Assembly (NCBI GenBank): GCA_973895155.1
Contig: OZ316896.1
Coordinates: forward strand, 5,942,166 to 6,006,165
DNA length: 64,000 nucleotides
Reading direction: 5' to 3'
Origin: Marsupella aquatica
Taxonomy: Eukaryota > Plantae > Marchantiophyta
Made by a program: the position numbers and the translations under genes. The notes beneath the pieces were generated by a model that worked only from the letters and a program-made list of their open reading frames with translations, was not told where the DNA came from and searched no databases. This document shows positions 13,900 through 26,845 of the stretch, one piece after another; the stretch's first letter is position 1; each line of letters begins with the position of its first letter.

Positions 13900-14900
13900 T
13901 TGCAATACATATCTTACTTGTCATTGTACTTAAAGTACTTATTGTTACTTCATGTACTTAACATTACTTGAAGTACATACTCTCAATTTACTTTTAAGTT
14001 AGTACATCAACTAAGTTACTTCAAGTACTTCAAGTTACTTCAAGTTGCTTCAAGTTACTTCAAGTTACTTCTAGTACTTCGAGTTACTTCAAGTACTTCA
14101 AGTACTTCAAGTTACTTCAAGTTACTTCAAGTACTTCAAGTACTTCAAGTACAATAAGTACTTCTTCAAGTACTTCAAGTTCTCTAGTCTTACTTGAAAT
14201 ACTTAGTTCTACTTGAAGTAGTTTAAGACTGGACGACTACTTAAGTACTCAAACAGTACTTGAAGTACATACTCTCAATTTACTTTTAAGTTAGTACATC
14301 AACTAAGTTACTTCAAGTACTTCAAGTTACTTCAAGTTGCTTCAAGTTACTTCAAGTTACTTCTAGTACTTCGAGTTACTTCAAGTACTTCAAGTACTTC
14401 AAGTTACTTCAAGTTACTTCAAGTACTTCAAGTACTTCAAGTTACTTCAAGTACAATAAGTACTTCTTCAAGTACTTCAAGTTCTCTAGTCTTACTTGAA
14501 ATACTTAGTTCTACTTGAAGTAGTTTAAGACTGGACGACTACTTAAGTACTCAAACAGTACTTGAAGTACATACTCTCAATTTACTTTTAAGTTAGTACA
14601 TCAACTAAGTTACTTCAAGTACTTCAAGTTACTTCAAGTTACTTCAAGTTACTTCTAGTACTTCGAGTTACTTCAAGTACTTCAAGTTACTTCAAGTTAC
14701 TTCAAGTACAATAAGTACTTCTTCAAGTACTTCAAGTTCTCTAGTCTTACTTGAAATACTTAGTTCTACTTGAAGTAGTTTAAGACTGGACGACTACTTA
14801 AGTACTCAAACAGTACTTGAAGTACTTGGACCATCTTTCTTGACAAGCGCTTACTTCAAGTACTTAACTGCAGCTAAGGTAGTTTGAAGTACTTTAGTTC
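13900..14900. repeat. Higher-order tandem repeat built from 9/10-bp AAG(T)TACTTC units
   Basis: Three near-identical blocks start TACTTGAAGTACATAC at 13965, 14257 and 14559 (292, 302 and 255 bp) and differ mainly in sub-repeat copy number. Confidence 0.95.
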
Positions 14901-15222
14901 TTTAGGCATTGGTAGTACTTAACACTAACCTACAAGTGTTGTAGTTTATTTGTTGCCAAGGTAACTGTTGTACTTATGGGTGAACTTAGAATCCAACTAA
15001 ACTTAACAGTTGAATTCAAATGATGTGAGGTTGGTTGTGGGTTACATATGGGTTGAAAGCACAATGCATGACAATTATCCGATTTCTCCTGGACTCTCAC
15101 AACTTTACTTATTGATCTTGCGTATTTGTTGATTGTGCAGCTTCAGGAGATACGTGGGTCTGGTTGGAAGCTTAGGTCTGAGTATAGATGTAATGGACAT
15201 TTGGATCTATGGATTGCTTGGA

Positions 15223-15915
15223 CAAGAAGGAGGATTCATATGATATCAAGGCGCCCTCAACCTTCACGCAGCGGAGCCTGGGCAAGACTCTTGTGACCAG
15301 AACACAAGGAACAAACATCGCTGCTGATGGCCTGAAAGGTGTGTTTGAGGTCTCACTCGCTGATCTTCAGCAGACGAAGACCAGGCTTTAGGAAGATGAA
15401 GCCAAGGGCTAAGGATGTGCAAGGGTGCAATGTTCTTACCAACTTTTGGGGTATGGATTTCACTACAGACAAGCTTTGGTCCCTTGTCCGCAAGTGGTAG
15501 TCTCTTATTGTTGCCTATGTTGATGTCAAGACAACAAACAATTATATTGTTTTGTACTAGCTTCACAAAGAAGAGGCCGAACAAGATAAAGAGGATTTGT
15601 AGGCTTAGTCCAGTCAGATCAGAACTATTTGCAGAAAGATGAGAGAGATAATGACTAAGGCCCACAAATGTGACCTCAAGGAACTGGTTTCCAAGTTCAT
15701 TCCTGAGGTTATCGGAAAGGAAATTGAGAAGGCTACCGTAGGTATCTACCCTGTACAGAACACAATTGTGCGCAAGGTGAAGATTTTGAAGGCTCCTGGG
15801 CAAGTTTTGCAAGGTGAAGATTTTGAAGGCTCCCAAGTTTGATCTGACAAAACTTATGGAGGTACATGGGGACTACAGCGAGGAGGTCAGTACTAAGATT
15901 GAGAGGCATGTAGGC
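15223..15915 (+). pseudogene. RPS3A: Processed, 5'-truncated 40S ribosomal protein S3a (eS1) retrocopy
   Basis: [91 protein letters not shown]. No introns, multiple frameshifts, and a 25-bp duplication (15772-15796 / 15809-15833). Confidence 0.95.
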
Positions 15916-18559
15916 AACCCGGTCAAAGGCTATGGAAGTTCCAGGCGCTCAGTTGGCTTTTATGTAGGCTTACAAATTTTGTCCCCTTCCACTTCATGGC
16001 ATTAGAGAGTATTGATAAAGTTATGGTGGATTCTCCTATAATTCATATGCGACTCTGTTACATAAGTGCTTGCAGCCTTAATTCCCACATTACATAGTGT
16101 CGCTATAGGACCTCATTGGCTTTGAAGATCTTGTTTGTGTCAAAAGTTCTCGCATTTCAAACCCTTTACGTATGAATTAAATGATGTGACACCCAGGTAA
16201 AATTACAACTTTTGGAAATGAACCAACTTCTGGGCTGGAGTTTTAATTTTAAAGTTGCTGGCTGTCCACAACGGTTTGGTTTTAACATTGAACATTAAAA
16301 TGCTAGGCTTACACACGGAAGTCTGCTTCTCCCAGTTACGAGTGTATGGCCGTAGAGTCTCGACTCGACCAAAGCTACTAAAATGCTCACAAATTCGATA
16401 ATGGAGTACTACCGCGCTGGAGTTACATGTCACTACGTGCACGTCTATTCAAATAATGGCGCAAAGAAGCCTCCCGAGTTACCAAGGAGCACCTATTGTA
16501 AAAGATCCATAGTGGGGAGCCTTCCAAATTAGTCGAAGCTTTGATCTGGCTTGAATGGGATTAACTAAAGTACTGAAGTTCTCTGTAGATCTAATGTCTA
16601 ATATTTGTTTCTTCATCCTTTGAAACGAAGCTGTAGATCGATGGAGAATACCGATTCTTTGCCTAGCTAGTACTATCTGACTCTGATAGGTGATGGTCAC
16701 TCTTAGCAGTGACGAACCTGTAGGTAGTCCTGCTGTTCACCAGTTAGCTCTTCTTCTTTTTTCAAAAATGGTGTGAAATCCCAAAGATTGACTATCAAAG
16801 TAGACTGCTGATTGACCATCCACCAACACCAGCGTTTGAAAGCAAGGTCTGCATCAAATACAAGCCATACTACATACTACCCAGAAATACTTTGCTAAGG
16901 GTGTATTCACACCCAAAGTTAGGGAGAATTACCAAAAACTAGCCATCAAATGGTTTTCAACCAGATCGTTCATACATTTGTTGCCTGAATGAAGTTCACT
17001 TGTCATGTGAATTCAAGTTCAAAATTTTACAACTTTTAATGTGCATTTTCTTGAGATCTCACAACCATGAGAATTCATCCATGAGGGGCCACAACTTAAA
17101 TTTGCCACAAATTCTAGCTCAAAAGTCAGTTAATCATGCAGCAGACCGCATTCTCTAGGGGCCCACTGCCATCGCCAACCAGTTTACATTTTAGGGATGA
17201 CCACAGCTAATGTATTTTCAGCTCAAATTTGAGCCCAATGGTTCAAGAACGAGCTCAATCACAAGTACACTATTATAACAGGTTTTCCTTTCTTGATTTC
17301 CAACAAAATTTACATCAACAAGTTTTACATGGTATAGCTTCTCTTGTCATCTTACTATCTCTTGAGCTTGGTGCCTGGTGCCTGGGAGCAACTGGAACAC
17401 CCTAGTTGTCTAATTCTGGAATGAATCCGCCATACTAAGATGTAACCCCTGCTCACAAGGTAGGAGGTCTGCTTTGCCTTACATGGGTGGGGAATCCTAG
17501 TTTACATGCCAAATCTTATCTCATATTTTCCAGGGCCTCTATCATCACTGCACTACTCCCTAGCATGACCTGTAAAACATGATTACGACAATCTGATCAA
17601 CCTCAGAAACAAAGAGTGAAGCAATGTTACCAAATACAGGAGCACACAAAAACTTTAACGCCCAGGGGAAAGCAAGGTTCTAGCCTAGTGAACTTGACCA
17701 GTAGAAGAAAGCAACACAAGAAACTACTGGAGTGCACAGGAATGAAGTGCGAGTATACAGAAAATCTGTTGTCCGACATGATACGGGAGAGGGACCATGA
17801 GAACATGCAGAGCTAGAGAAAACTCAGCACCTTGCTGATCTCATTTTTCTCATTACCATTGATCTCCGCAGTGTTGTCCAACACAAGCTTCAACTAGTCA
17901 AAAGCCCACAGAACACTAACCACCCTTCGATTGACATTGAGTTTGACTGCAAGATGACAATCAGGGAGAACTTAACAACAATTATACTCGCAGCCAAAAC
18001 CAAGCGGAAGTCAATGTCGACTTAAAAGCGTAGTCCAATGGGCTGTAAAATAAACGTTTCTATGGCAAATGGTATAGTCCAAAACAAAGAGAAGTTCAAA
18101 TAGTAGGTGCCACGAACTTACTGTTCAGCTTTCTGTCCATGTACCTGGAAAGGAAAAACCACCAGGACGAGACGATATTAGTCCAGGACGAGACAATATC
18201 TAAAGTACTAAAGAGCCCATATTCTACCAGACCAGTACCATAATTCAGTTGCAATTAAAATAAGTACCAAAACTGGGCCAAATAAGTAAAAAGCATTCTA
18301 CATAACAAATACAACCCATTCAGTACAAAACAGGGAAAGTTACTTACTCTGAGTTAGTAGTATTAAGTATTTCTAAGCTGCCGCAACCAATCCTCTATTT
18401 CAGTACAGTAGCAAGTAATATAAGTAACAAGTATCAATTATAAAACCAAACAAAGCAAACTCCTGAAAATTCATTCCATCCTGAAGGTAAAGTAACCAAT
18501 TCAATAACAAGTAATACAAGTAGAAGTATCAATATGTACCTAACAATTATGACATCTAG

Positions 18560-18983
18560 TACTATCAGTAACAATTCAAGGTGTGGATGGTCAAGTAATA
18601 CTAGTGCTTGATTCAGTAACAACTACTATTAAATAATTGTACCAGTAATAAGGTAAGTAAAGGTCTGAACCAAAACATACAAAGAACCAGTGCTCTATTC
18701 ACTAACAAGTACTACTAAGTACTACAATAACAAGTAAAGGTCTAGCCCAAGTAATAGTCTCCAGTGCTCTTAATTTTCAGTAAGAAGTAGTATCAATAAC
18801 AAGTAAATGTCTGGCCCAATTAATAACATTGCTCTCTTCAGTAAGAAGTAATATCAAGTACAATCAGACTTAACAAGTAAAGGTTTGGCCCAAGTAATAC
18901 CAGTGCTCTCTTCAGTAACAAGTACTGTTAAGTACTAGTAGCAACAAGTAACTTAGATCTAGCCCAAGTAATACCAGCGCTGT
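18560..18983. repeat. ~70-74-bp AGTACT-rich tandem array, left segment
   Basis: Repeated AACAAGTAAAGGTCTGGCCCAAGTAATACCAG units; the array continues at 41338 and 48888. Confidence 0.9.
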
Positions 18984-18990
18984 TACCCAA

Positions 18991-20132
18991 GTGAAATGCG
19001 TGGGGAAAATTTTCTATATGGTTGTCTTTCAGCACCCAAAACACCGTGAATTGGCGCTGGCTGGCGCCCCTAGTTCCTGGACCGTAAATTTGTTTTCTCT
19101 TTTCCTTGGGATTCATCTTTTGATGTGCAAAATGAATCTTATACGGTGCTCCCTGTGTGGATCGAAATACCATTTAGAGCCCTGGTGCTTGAACCTTGTC
19201 GAAGGAAGTTGGCTTCTTCCCTCGGTGACATTCTTCACTACATTCAGGGCGACATGCTGAGCTCCTACCCACATGATTGGGCGTGTATAGTCTGGGATAC
19301 CCAGAGAGAGGTGCCTTGGAGTGTTGAGGTACAGATCAAGGCGGGTCTTTCAATTTGGCAGCCGGTTGTTTTCAAGAACATCCCTTTTCACTGTTTCTGG
19401 TGTCATAAAAAGGGGCACCTTGCACGGGATTTCCATCTGCACGAGACTCCTGTTGCTGCTGCCGTGGAGGAGGCAGTGCTGGTCCCGTCCAATCCTAATG
19501 ATTCTGACCCTACCTCTCAGCATGAATTGGTTTCTCAGAAGATCTCCAAGGACAAGGGATTGGAAGCAGATACCTCTCATCTCCAGATTCCTAATGACGC
19601 CTCTACCTCTGATCCACTTCCGGGCCCCAGTGATCCACTTGACAATGAGATAGTGCTTTTTGGGACTACTCCTCTGCAAGCTGGACCTGCCCACCCAGTG
19701 GTGGTCACCCGAGCAATTGATGAATCATCTGTCGCACTTGGGCTGGACGTGACAGCTACCCAATTTCTGTCAGATCCAGATGAAATACCTAGAATTCCTA
19801 CATGAATTACAACAGCTGAGCAATGATGCCCCCCCTGTGCTTCTGGAGGCTCCAGATGGGACTGATGTCGAACGTTGGCGTTGGCCCTGGTGATACTACC
19901 AGAGACTCACTTTGAACCTGATAAGGGAGTCTCAGATGACATGGAAGAAGGTGACAAGGAGCTCTCAGCTTTTGATATACCCTCTGACATGGAGTTATCA
20001 GAATACGAGGGATTCATTTCACGCACTGCGATAAAGAAGGACTGGGCCAGGAAGCTGGCTCGGCGCTCACCACCTGATGAAAAAAAGAAAGAGAATGGTA
20101 AAAAGAAAGCAAAAAATCAACGTTCCTTATAG
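18991..20132 (+). pseudogene. LINE A ORF1 3' part (gag-like, zinc knuckle)
   Basis: LPVWIEIP, HCFWCHKKGHLARD knuckle; colinear with LINE B ORF1 at 43259-44372; frameshifted. Confidence 0.85.
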
Positions 20133-20397
20133 TTCTCATCCGGATCTCATCATGTGCAGGATGCTGAGGGATGGGTGACGCCTGGGCGCAGGCTCTCCAG
20201 GGAGATGAAAAAGAAATCAATGGGGTCTCCTCTGGGTTCAGTGGATCCTCAACTGTCTATGGCACTGCCCTACTCCCCCCATATTGTGCACATCCCTGTC
20301 GGTCCTTTGCGGGACTCTGTGGGTGGAGGACTCTAACAGCCTCCGGTGATTTCTCCCCCTTGTTAGTGATCTCTTGTAGGGGAGGGAGGATAGGTTG

Positions 20398-21185
20398 ATG
20401 AAGGTTTTTTGTTTTGCCTCGTGGAATGTATGTGGTTTGTGTGACCCCAATCGCAAACTAGTGGTGGTCAAATGGATTTCTTCCCTACGCACTCCTCTTG
20501 ATGCCCTCGCGTTGCAAGAAGTTAAAGCTGATGATTTTTGTCTGGATACTGCTCTTTGAACTATTTTGCCTTCCTACCATCACCTCTACTCTGCTCCTGA
20601 GGATGGTCGGGGAGGGGTGGCCCTCCTCCTTCATCCTTTTTTTACTATTACTTCTACTAGCTTGCTTGATAAGGGCCGTGCTGTTTGGGCTCTGCTGGCG
20701 CATGCAGAAGGGAATTCTGGCTTTTTATCAGTGTATGCACCAAATAATACTGGGGAACGGACCTTGTTGTGGAATGATCTTCGGGATGAACTCCATTGCA
20801 ACCGTTGGGTTGTTTGTGGGGATTTCAACATGACGGAATTTTGGTGTGACTCCATGGGCATTTCACCTCTACTCGCTGGATGAGAATTAGAGTTTTGGAG
20901 GTTTCTGAAGACCTGCCTCGACTTACAAGATGCAATTACCATTCTGAACGAGGTGACAGGTTTCAGGTTCACTTGGCGTAGGGTGCGGAATGGTATACTT
21001 ATTCAGTCCTGCCTTGATCGATTTTACTTCAGTGAGAAAGGTAGATGGACTAACGAGATTGTTGATCTCATTCATGACGGGACTTCTACGTTGTCTGACC
21101 ATGATCCAGTGATTATTTCTTTCTGAATGGGTTCCATTGCATTGGTTGAATCACAAAAGCGACGAGGCACATACTTTAAGGCTAA
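20398..21185 (+). pseudogene. LINE A ORF2, AP-endonuclease part
   Basis: SWNVCGL, LALQEVK, SVYAPN, CGDFNM, LDRFY, SDHDP; in-frame stops. Confidence 0.9.
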
Positions 21186-21283
21186 TTGAATCACAAGCTC
21201 CGTCAATTGTAGAGCTAGGTCAACCAAGCTTTGAAGAGGGAGGCTCTTCAATCAACGGAGTAGAGATTGCAGCTACGATCAGG
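21186..21283 (+). other. 98-bp templated filler between the left TSD and the CACTA TIR
   Basis: 21186-21196 equals 21146-21156 (TTGAATCACAA). 21193-21283 is an exact 91-bp copy of 22742-22832. The two pieces overlap by ACAA. Confidence 0.9.
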
Positions 21284-24107
21284 CACTAGTAGAAACCGGG
21301 GCCATTTAGACCATACCTTATAGGACTAAGCCCACTAAGTCCTTTTTCCATACTTGAAACGACTCGCTCTCATTGTGCCGGTTTTGTTGAAAACTACAAA
21401 AGACTATTAGTGTTATATGGTTCTCTAAATGACTATGAGAAGGGTCCTTGCTACTTTGTGAACGGTGAATAGTCTAGCACTACATGGGTAATGATCACTT
21501 ATGTTGAAGAGGGTTAATTCTATAAAGATGGTGATAGCAAGGGGCATAACTCATTAGATGGCCTTATTTGTGACCAAAAAGGTTCATGGTTCCAATTACT
21601 CCATTGGCCTACTTTCTCCATGGTCCCTTAAATACTAAATTTCACAAAGTTCACATGAGGAGTTACATTATAATAACAGACCATGGAACCCCCAACAACA
21701 TGCAATGTGGGTGAAATGAAAACATTTAGGCTCTTAATGAACATGGTTGGGCACAAGTGACTACATTGGGCCTAAGTTGTTAGGAGTTGTTTTGTACTTG
21801 GGGTAGGAGAGTGGATGTTATGTGCACGACATCCAAGTTTAGGGATGAGGGTAAATATGCCAACCCTTCAAAAATGTCTTGTCCTCTGGTGTCTCATATA
21901 GTACCCAACTATGTCCATGTGGATTTTGAATGAGTGATGCTTGACTTAATTACATTGGCCCCCTCTTCTCCATGGTCCCTTTACTTCTGATTATCTTTCA
22001 ACTCTCAAAACAGGTCCATGTAACGGGTACTTTTCATAACTTAGGGTACTTTTGATAGAGGTAATTCCATGAGGGGGGCCCGGAGGGGGGGGGGGGGTTA
22101 GGGTGGGGCACAACTGATTAAGTGGCCTCATCTTTGTCACCAAAGGGATTTATTTAAAGTTATCCTTTACCCTCACCCAAATGTACTCATTTGTTGCCTA
22201 ATTAAGTCCACATTGTTCCCCTACATCAAGACTCTGGCCATGACTTATCAAGCATAACGGCTCAACTCAACGGAAACGGGCCCTGGATTAGCGTTTAGGG
22301 TCCTGTTTGCACTAAGTCTTGGGTTAGGGTGAGTATGCTTTGGTCATCGTATGAAACTGGGTTTTTGTGAAGGGAAGTATCGAGTGTCCGCGCCCCATGC
22401 GTTTGGGCCCCATCATTTGTGCTTTGCGACAGAACGACCTGCGGAATGTTTGTGAGTTTAGCATACGAGCAGAGTTTAGGGTAAGCATTTTGCGAGGGAA
22501 GGTCGGAGCTCATTCACTTCACATTGCTGCGTCCACTACTGCGAGCGCTTTTGACAGTTCTGCCTCTGTTTGGACACAGTGTATTAGATTGCAAGGGGTT
22601 TGCATTGGTTTGGGAGAGCCTTGAGAGTCGTTAGGTGGTAAGGACATTGTTACGAGGCATCCCCGAGAAGCGCTTGGTGGTAAGGAGCTTCCTGAAGTAC
22701 GCGGAAGGTCGGGTGGTGGAGGGTTTTTGATGCAAAGGATGACAAGCTCCGTCAATTGTAGAGCTAGGTCAACCAAGCTTTGAAGAGGGAGGCTCTTCAA
22801 TCAACGGAGTAGAGATTGCAGCTACGATCAGGGTTTGCGGAGCTGCCAGCCGGGTGCTTGGACTGCAGAGAAGAGCAGCCACAATCATTCAGTTCTTCTC
22901 CTAGCTCAGCTGCACATTGTCAACCATCGAACGCTTGGTTGGTGGAATTAGAGACAAAGGATTTGGTGTGCCAGGGATGCTACGGTAACAACGTGAACCG
23001 GTCATTTTTTACAGTCCTGCAATGTTAGTGAGCTGTGAAGGTTGCGCTTGAGAGCTGACAGTCCCGTCGCCGCCTGCTCCCATTGCTGTGACTTCATTCA
23101 AGTTGCTCGAGCATAGGTGATTTCTACTGCTACGGAAGGCAAGCTGCTTGAAGGGAGGCGACATTGTCTGCAAACATTGCAGAAGGCCATCAAAGGCTGG
23201 GCCTAGCAGCTGCAAGAGCTGTGGTCGAGGAGGACCTCAATGCGGGGAGAAGCTGCGATCAGGGAGCGAGCTGCGGTGGGGACGAGCTGCGGGCGGGGAC
23301 GAGCTGCGATCAGGGAGGATACATTGGGTCATCACTTACATTTTAGGTGTTGACGTGAGGGAGACCTTGAGGTCGGAGGTGGTCTGCAATTGACAAGAAG
23401 GTTGACATTCCCTCCCGCTGCGGATTGGTACTTCATTCAGGTGATTCCTATTGCTGCCTCCCACCGCCATTGCCGATTGCCGCTATCATCATTGATTGCT
23501 TGCTTGCCACTGCCTTTGCTAGTTGCCACCGCCTGTGCTTGTCACTGCCTTTTGTATTGTCTGTGGCTTTTGGTACCCTATTGAGAAATACTGGTCAGCT
23601 TAGTCAAGCATTGCACTGAAGATTTCTGCCAGGTCTACGCATGTAATCCTTTGTCTATTGGTCGCTGTCATCTGCATTTTTTTAGGGACCGTCCACAGTT
23701 GCGGTGGGAGTGGATAGTGCTGGTCACCTGTTCAGGAGGTGCAAGGTGAGAGGGTGGAGAGGACCTGCGCTGCTCAGAATAGAAGTGGCGAGGTTGAGGG
23801 GAGCACCCGGGGGAGCAGCTGCAAGCTTACCATCTTCAGAGTGGGGATTTTCTTGGGGATTTCTGCTAAACTACTCTGGCTTTCTTCTCGGAGGTAAGCT
23901 ACTCCGGACTGTCACTTAGCGAGTTGGTCGCGCTACTAGAAGTACTACCACTTTTACTATAACGCCAACCTCAGTGCTTTTTATAGAATGCTTTGTTGTT
24001 CTTCTACTCGGCATGGCATCATCCTAATTTCCCGTCGCGCTGTGACCAGCAATGGAAAGCGTAGACTATCTCCCTTTGCTAGTCAAAAGGCTGCGAGGTC
24101 TGATTTA

Positions 24108-24348
24108 TGTCTTGCTGGAGTTTTGCTCCTCTATGTGCTTTGTTGTGTTAGCTTCGTTTGTTGTGATCTGTCTTACCCTACTGAGTACTAGTTTTACACT
24201 CTGTGATCCGACTTCATTCCCTACAAATAAATGGACACGACACTGTCTTGCTGGAGTTTTGGTGGTCTAGCTCCGTGCTTTGTTTGCTGTGATCGGTCTT
24301 ACCCTGTTGAGTACTAGTTTCGCACCCTGTGATCCGACTTCATTGCCC
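24108..24348 (+). repeat. Two-copy diverged direct repeat inside the CACTA element
   Basis: TGTCTTGCTGGAGTTTTG...TGTGATC(T/G)GTCTTACCCT...GAGTACTAGTTT...CTGTGATCCGACTTCATT at about 24108 and 24245. Confidence 0.8.
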
Positions 24349-25726
24349 CGGTGATTTTCTCTGTCTCTATCCTCTACATTCAGCTTGCGGGTGGGTTTTG
24401 TTATGATTTGATTGGATGACTGATTGTTTTGGAGTTGTAGCCGTGGTCAAACGCACGTCTATTAAAAACAAGTTCATGGAGCTCAGGTTGCTGCTGTATA
24501 TAAAGTGCAGCAGGATCTAGAACTGCTTGCAGTCCCAGTGAATCATACATGCTACAATCACAGGATATGACTTCAATAAGTCTTCATAGTTTCTCATTTT
24601 TGTAGAATCTGAGATGTTGCTGGCCCAGGAGATGAGTTTCCCTTAAGAGTCAGGGACATCAGCAGTGTGGGCCATGTAATACAGTTGAGAATGATGGCAA
24701 GTATAATTTGTTAATGGGTCCAATGCCATGTTTGTGAGCTATTGAGTTGGGTAGGAGAAAATTACCAAAACATTGTCACAATTGCTTCCAGAACAATCAT
24801 TCGTGGTTAGACTAAGCTCGGCTGAACACCCCTCGCTTGCATGGGACGGACACAATGCGGAATAGGCTATCATGGAGTTGTTGAATGGATCTTCAATTTT
24901 CATGAGAAATGTCCTGGGTTTCCATCCTATGTGTAGATTTCAGAATTAGAACGAAACTACTATTAAGAATACTGTACTTAGCGATTCTTCTTTTCCTGTG
25001 AAGACATTGCCACAAATGTTTCCTTGAGTTCCTGTCATACTAGTGTATTGCGGAACAACTGTCCAAGTATGCTGCAATGGTCGGTCTTGCGCAGCTTAAT
25101 GAGCCAATTTCATTTTCCCTGTGCACTTCTATTTCTCAGAGAATTCCCTGGTCATGCTCATTTCCCCCAGAGTTAGAAAACAAAGAAGAAGAGCTGACTA
25201 ATTGTAATTCCAATCCATATCCTGATCGGTCAAGGATTGTTCACTACATTGGCCTTGTCATTGGCCGAGGTCACCAAATTTTGCTTGGTTTCATTCCTGT
25301 GGAGCACTGCTATGATGGATTTGTCGTAGCATTCTGCAAACTCTCACGGTTTGCTTATGGCCATTATTTGCAATTTGCTGCTACTAATATGTCTTCTTCT
25401 GAGCAGCATACACCAGAAGTAAGCAATAGTGGAGGTTTAACTGCACATCAACACATCTAGTGAACTACCTCTCTGCTGCTCACTGGAGGGTGAGACTTTC
25501 ACTCTTTCTGGATATTGTAGTTTGTAAGCAAGTTGATTAGGAGTGTTTCATGCTATGTTTACACTGTGACCCCTAGCTGGAACCAATGGAATGACACAGT
25601 GAGTGGGAACTGATAATTTAAGGTTGGTTGCTGTTGGTGAGGCAAGTACAGCTCCTGCTCACCTTGCTGATCGAAGGTGCTTATCAGAGGACGTGAACAC
25701 ACGACATCTCCACAAAAGCAACACTT

Positions 25727-26176
25727 ATGGTGAGGACCCGCAACGCTGAACATGTGCGGCTTGCACACAAGGCAGAGATGTTGCGCCTTGAGTATGTCAG
25801 ACTTGGGATCCTTCCAGCCCAGTCTGCATGGTACTTTGAGTACCCAGTTGTTGCCAGGAACAACTACAGCCGGCCTGTACCTGCTTCTCCACCCTTCCCA
25901 ACATCCTTGGTATTTCTGTCTCTTGTACATGACCCGCCACAAATTAGGGCCCAAGGGTGTGTGCACAGTTGCCAATATGACTGTCCTGCCTGTAGGGCTT
26001 CTGGCCTAGAGTTGGATGACCGTTCTCTTGGATGTCGGTTTTTTCACAGAGCACAATGTATCATCTGGAACCACTCGCCATCCTGCAGTGTGCCTGGCGA
26101 TGTCACTTGTCCTGCCCTCCCAGACCCCACCACCGGTCACTTTGGTGTCTACACATGTTTGGATCACACGCTCTAG
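25727..26176 (+). CDS. Orphan 149-aa Cys/His-rich ORF (possible CACTA cargo)
   Basis: Open ATG-to-TAG frame, basic N-terminus MVRTR, CVHSCQYDCPAC...CRFFHRAQC. No family recognised. Confidence 0.35.
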   Translation: MVRTRNAEHVRLAHKAEMLRLEYVRLGILPAQSAWYFEYPVVARNNYSRPVPASPPFPTSLVFLSLVHDPPQIRAQGCVHSCQYDCPACRASGLELDDRSLGCRFFHRAQCIIWNHSPSCSVPGDVTCPALPDPTTGHFGVYTCLDHTL

Positions 26177-26845
26177 AGGACCACTTGTCACACCGCATGC
26201 ACAAACCAGAGACCATTGACCTATAACTTAACACTTTGACTTGAACAGAGAGGATATTTACTTAAGATTTTGAATTATGACCAATTTTGGGTCCAGGGTT
26301 TAGGGTCAACAGTACATAACTTATCCTATTATGGCTGCACTAAGTACAATATCCTAATTTAAGAGGCTAGCACGCTCACTTAAAAGTCTCCTTTCAAAGA
26401 CTGGAATTAATGGGCCATATGATAACCTGGAAAAAGTGATTTATGCCTAACTTATTTGTCTCATTCACTATCATAGCCTATTTAGGATGTATAAATTACA
26501 ACCCTGATCACACTGCTTGATACCAATCCTGTTCAAAAAATGCCTGTTTTACATGTCACGACTGTTATATGTGATTCAAATGCATTAAATCTTGTTGCAG
26601 ATCTCCTTTGGTGAATCATAGCCACAAAATTGAGGTGTAGGTGGAGCTATTGTACGAGGGGATCAGTTTTTAGTGTGGGCTCAACAAACCAAAAAGTATG
26701 TCTACTCTGCACATGTGTGTGAACATTTCATTGCAGTAGCAATTGCCACTCTAGTCTATATGCTACACTGTACTTTTTGTACACTGCACTAAATTGTATT
26801 GTCCGTGCACTCTGCTAAATTGTACTATCTGTCTCATGCGTAGGC

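Noticed and set aside
15264-15836. 190-aa minus-strand ORF
   Set aside because: It is the antisense shadow of the RPS3a retrocopy.
16200-18200. Exon-like minus-strand segments with splice-like sites
   Set aside because: Stops in the frames I tried and no recognisable motif, so I cannot support a gene call.
22500-25500. Numerous short ORFs in the CACTA 5' region as captured genes
   Set aside because: No recognisable domains; short GAGCTGCG repeats and GC-rich sequence explain the ORFs.
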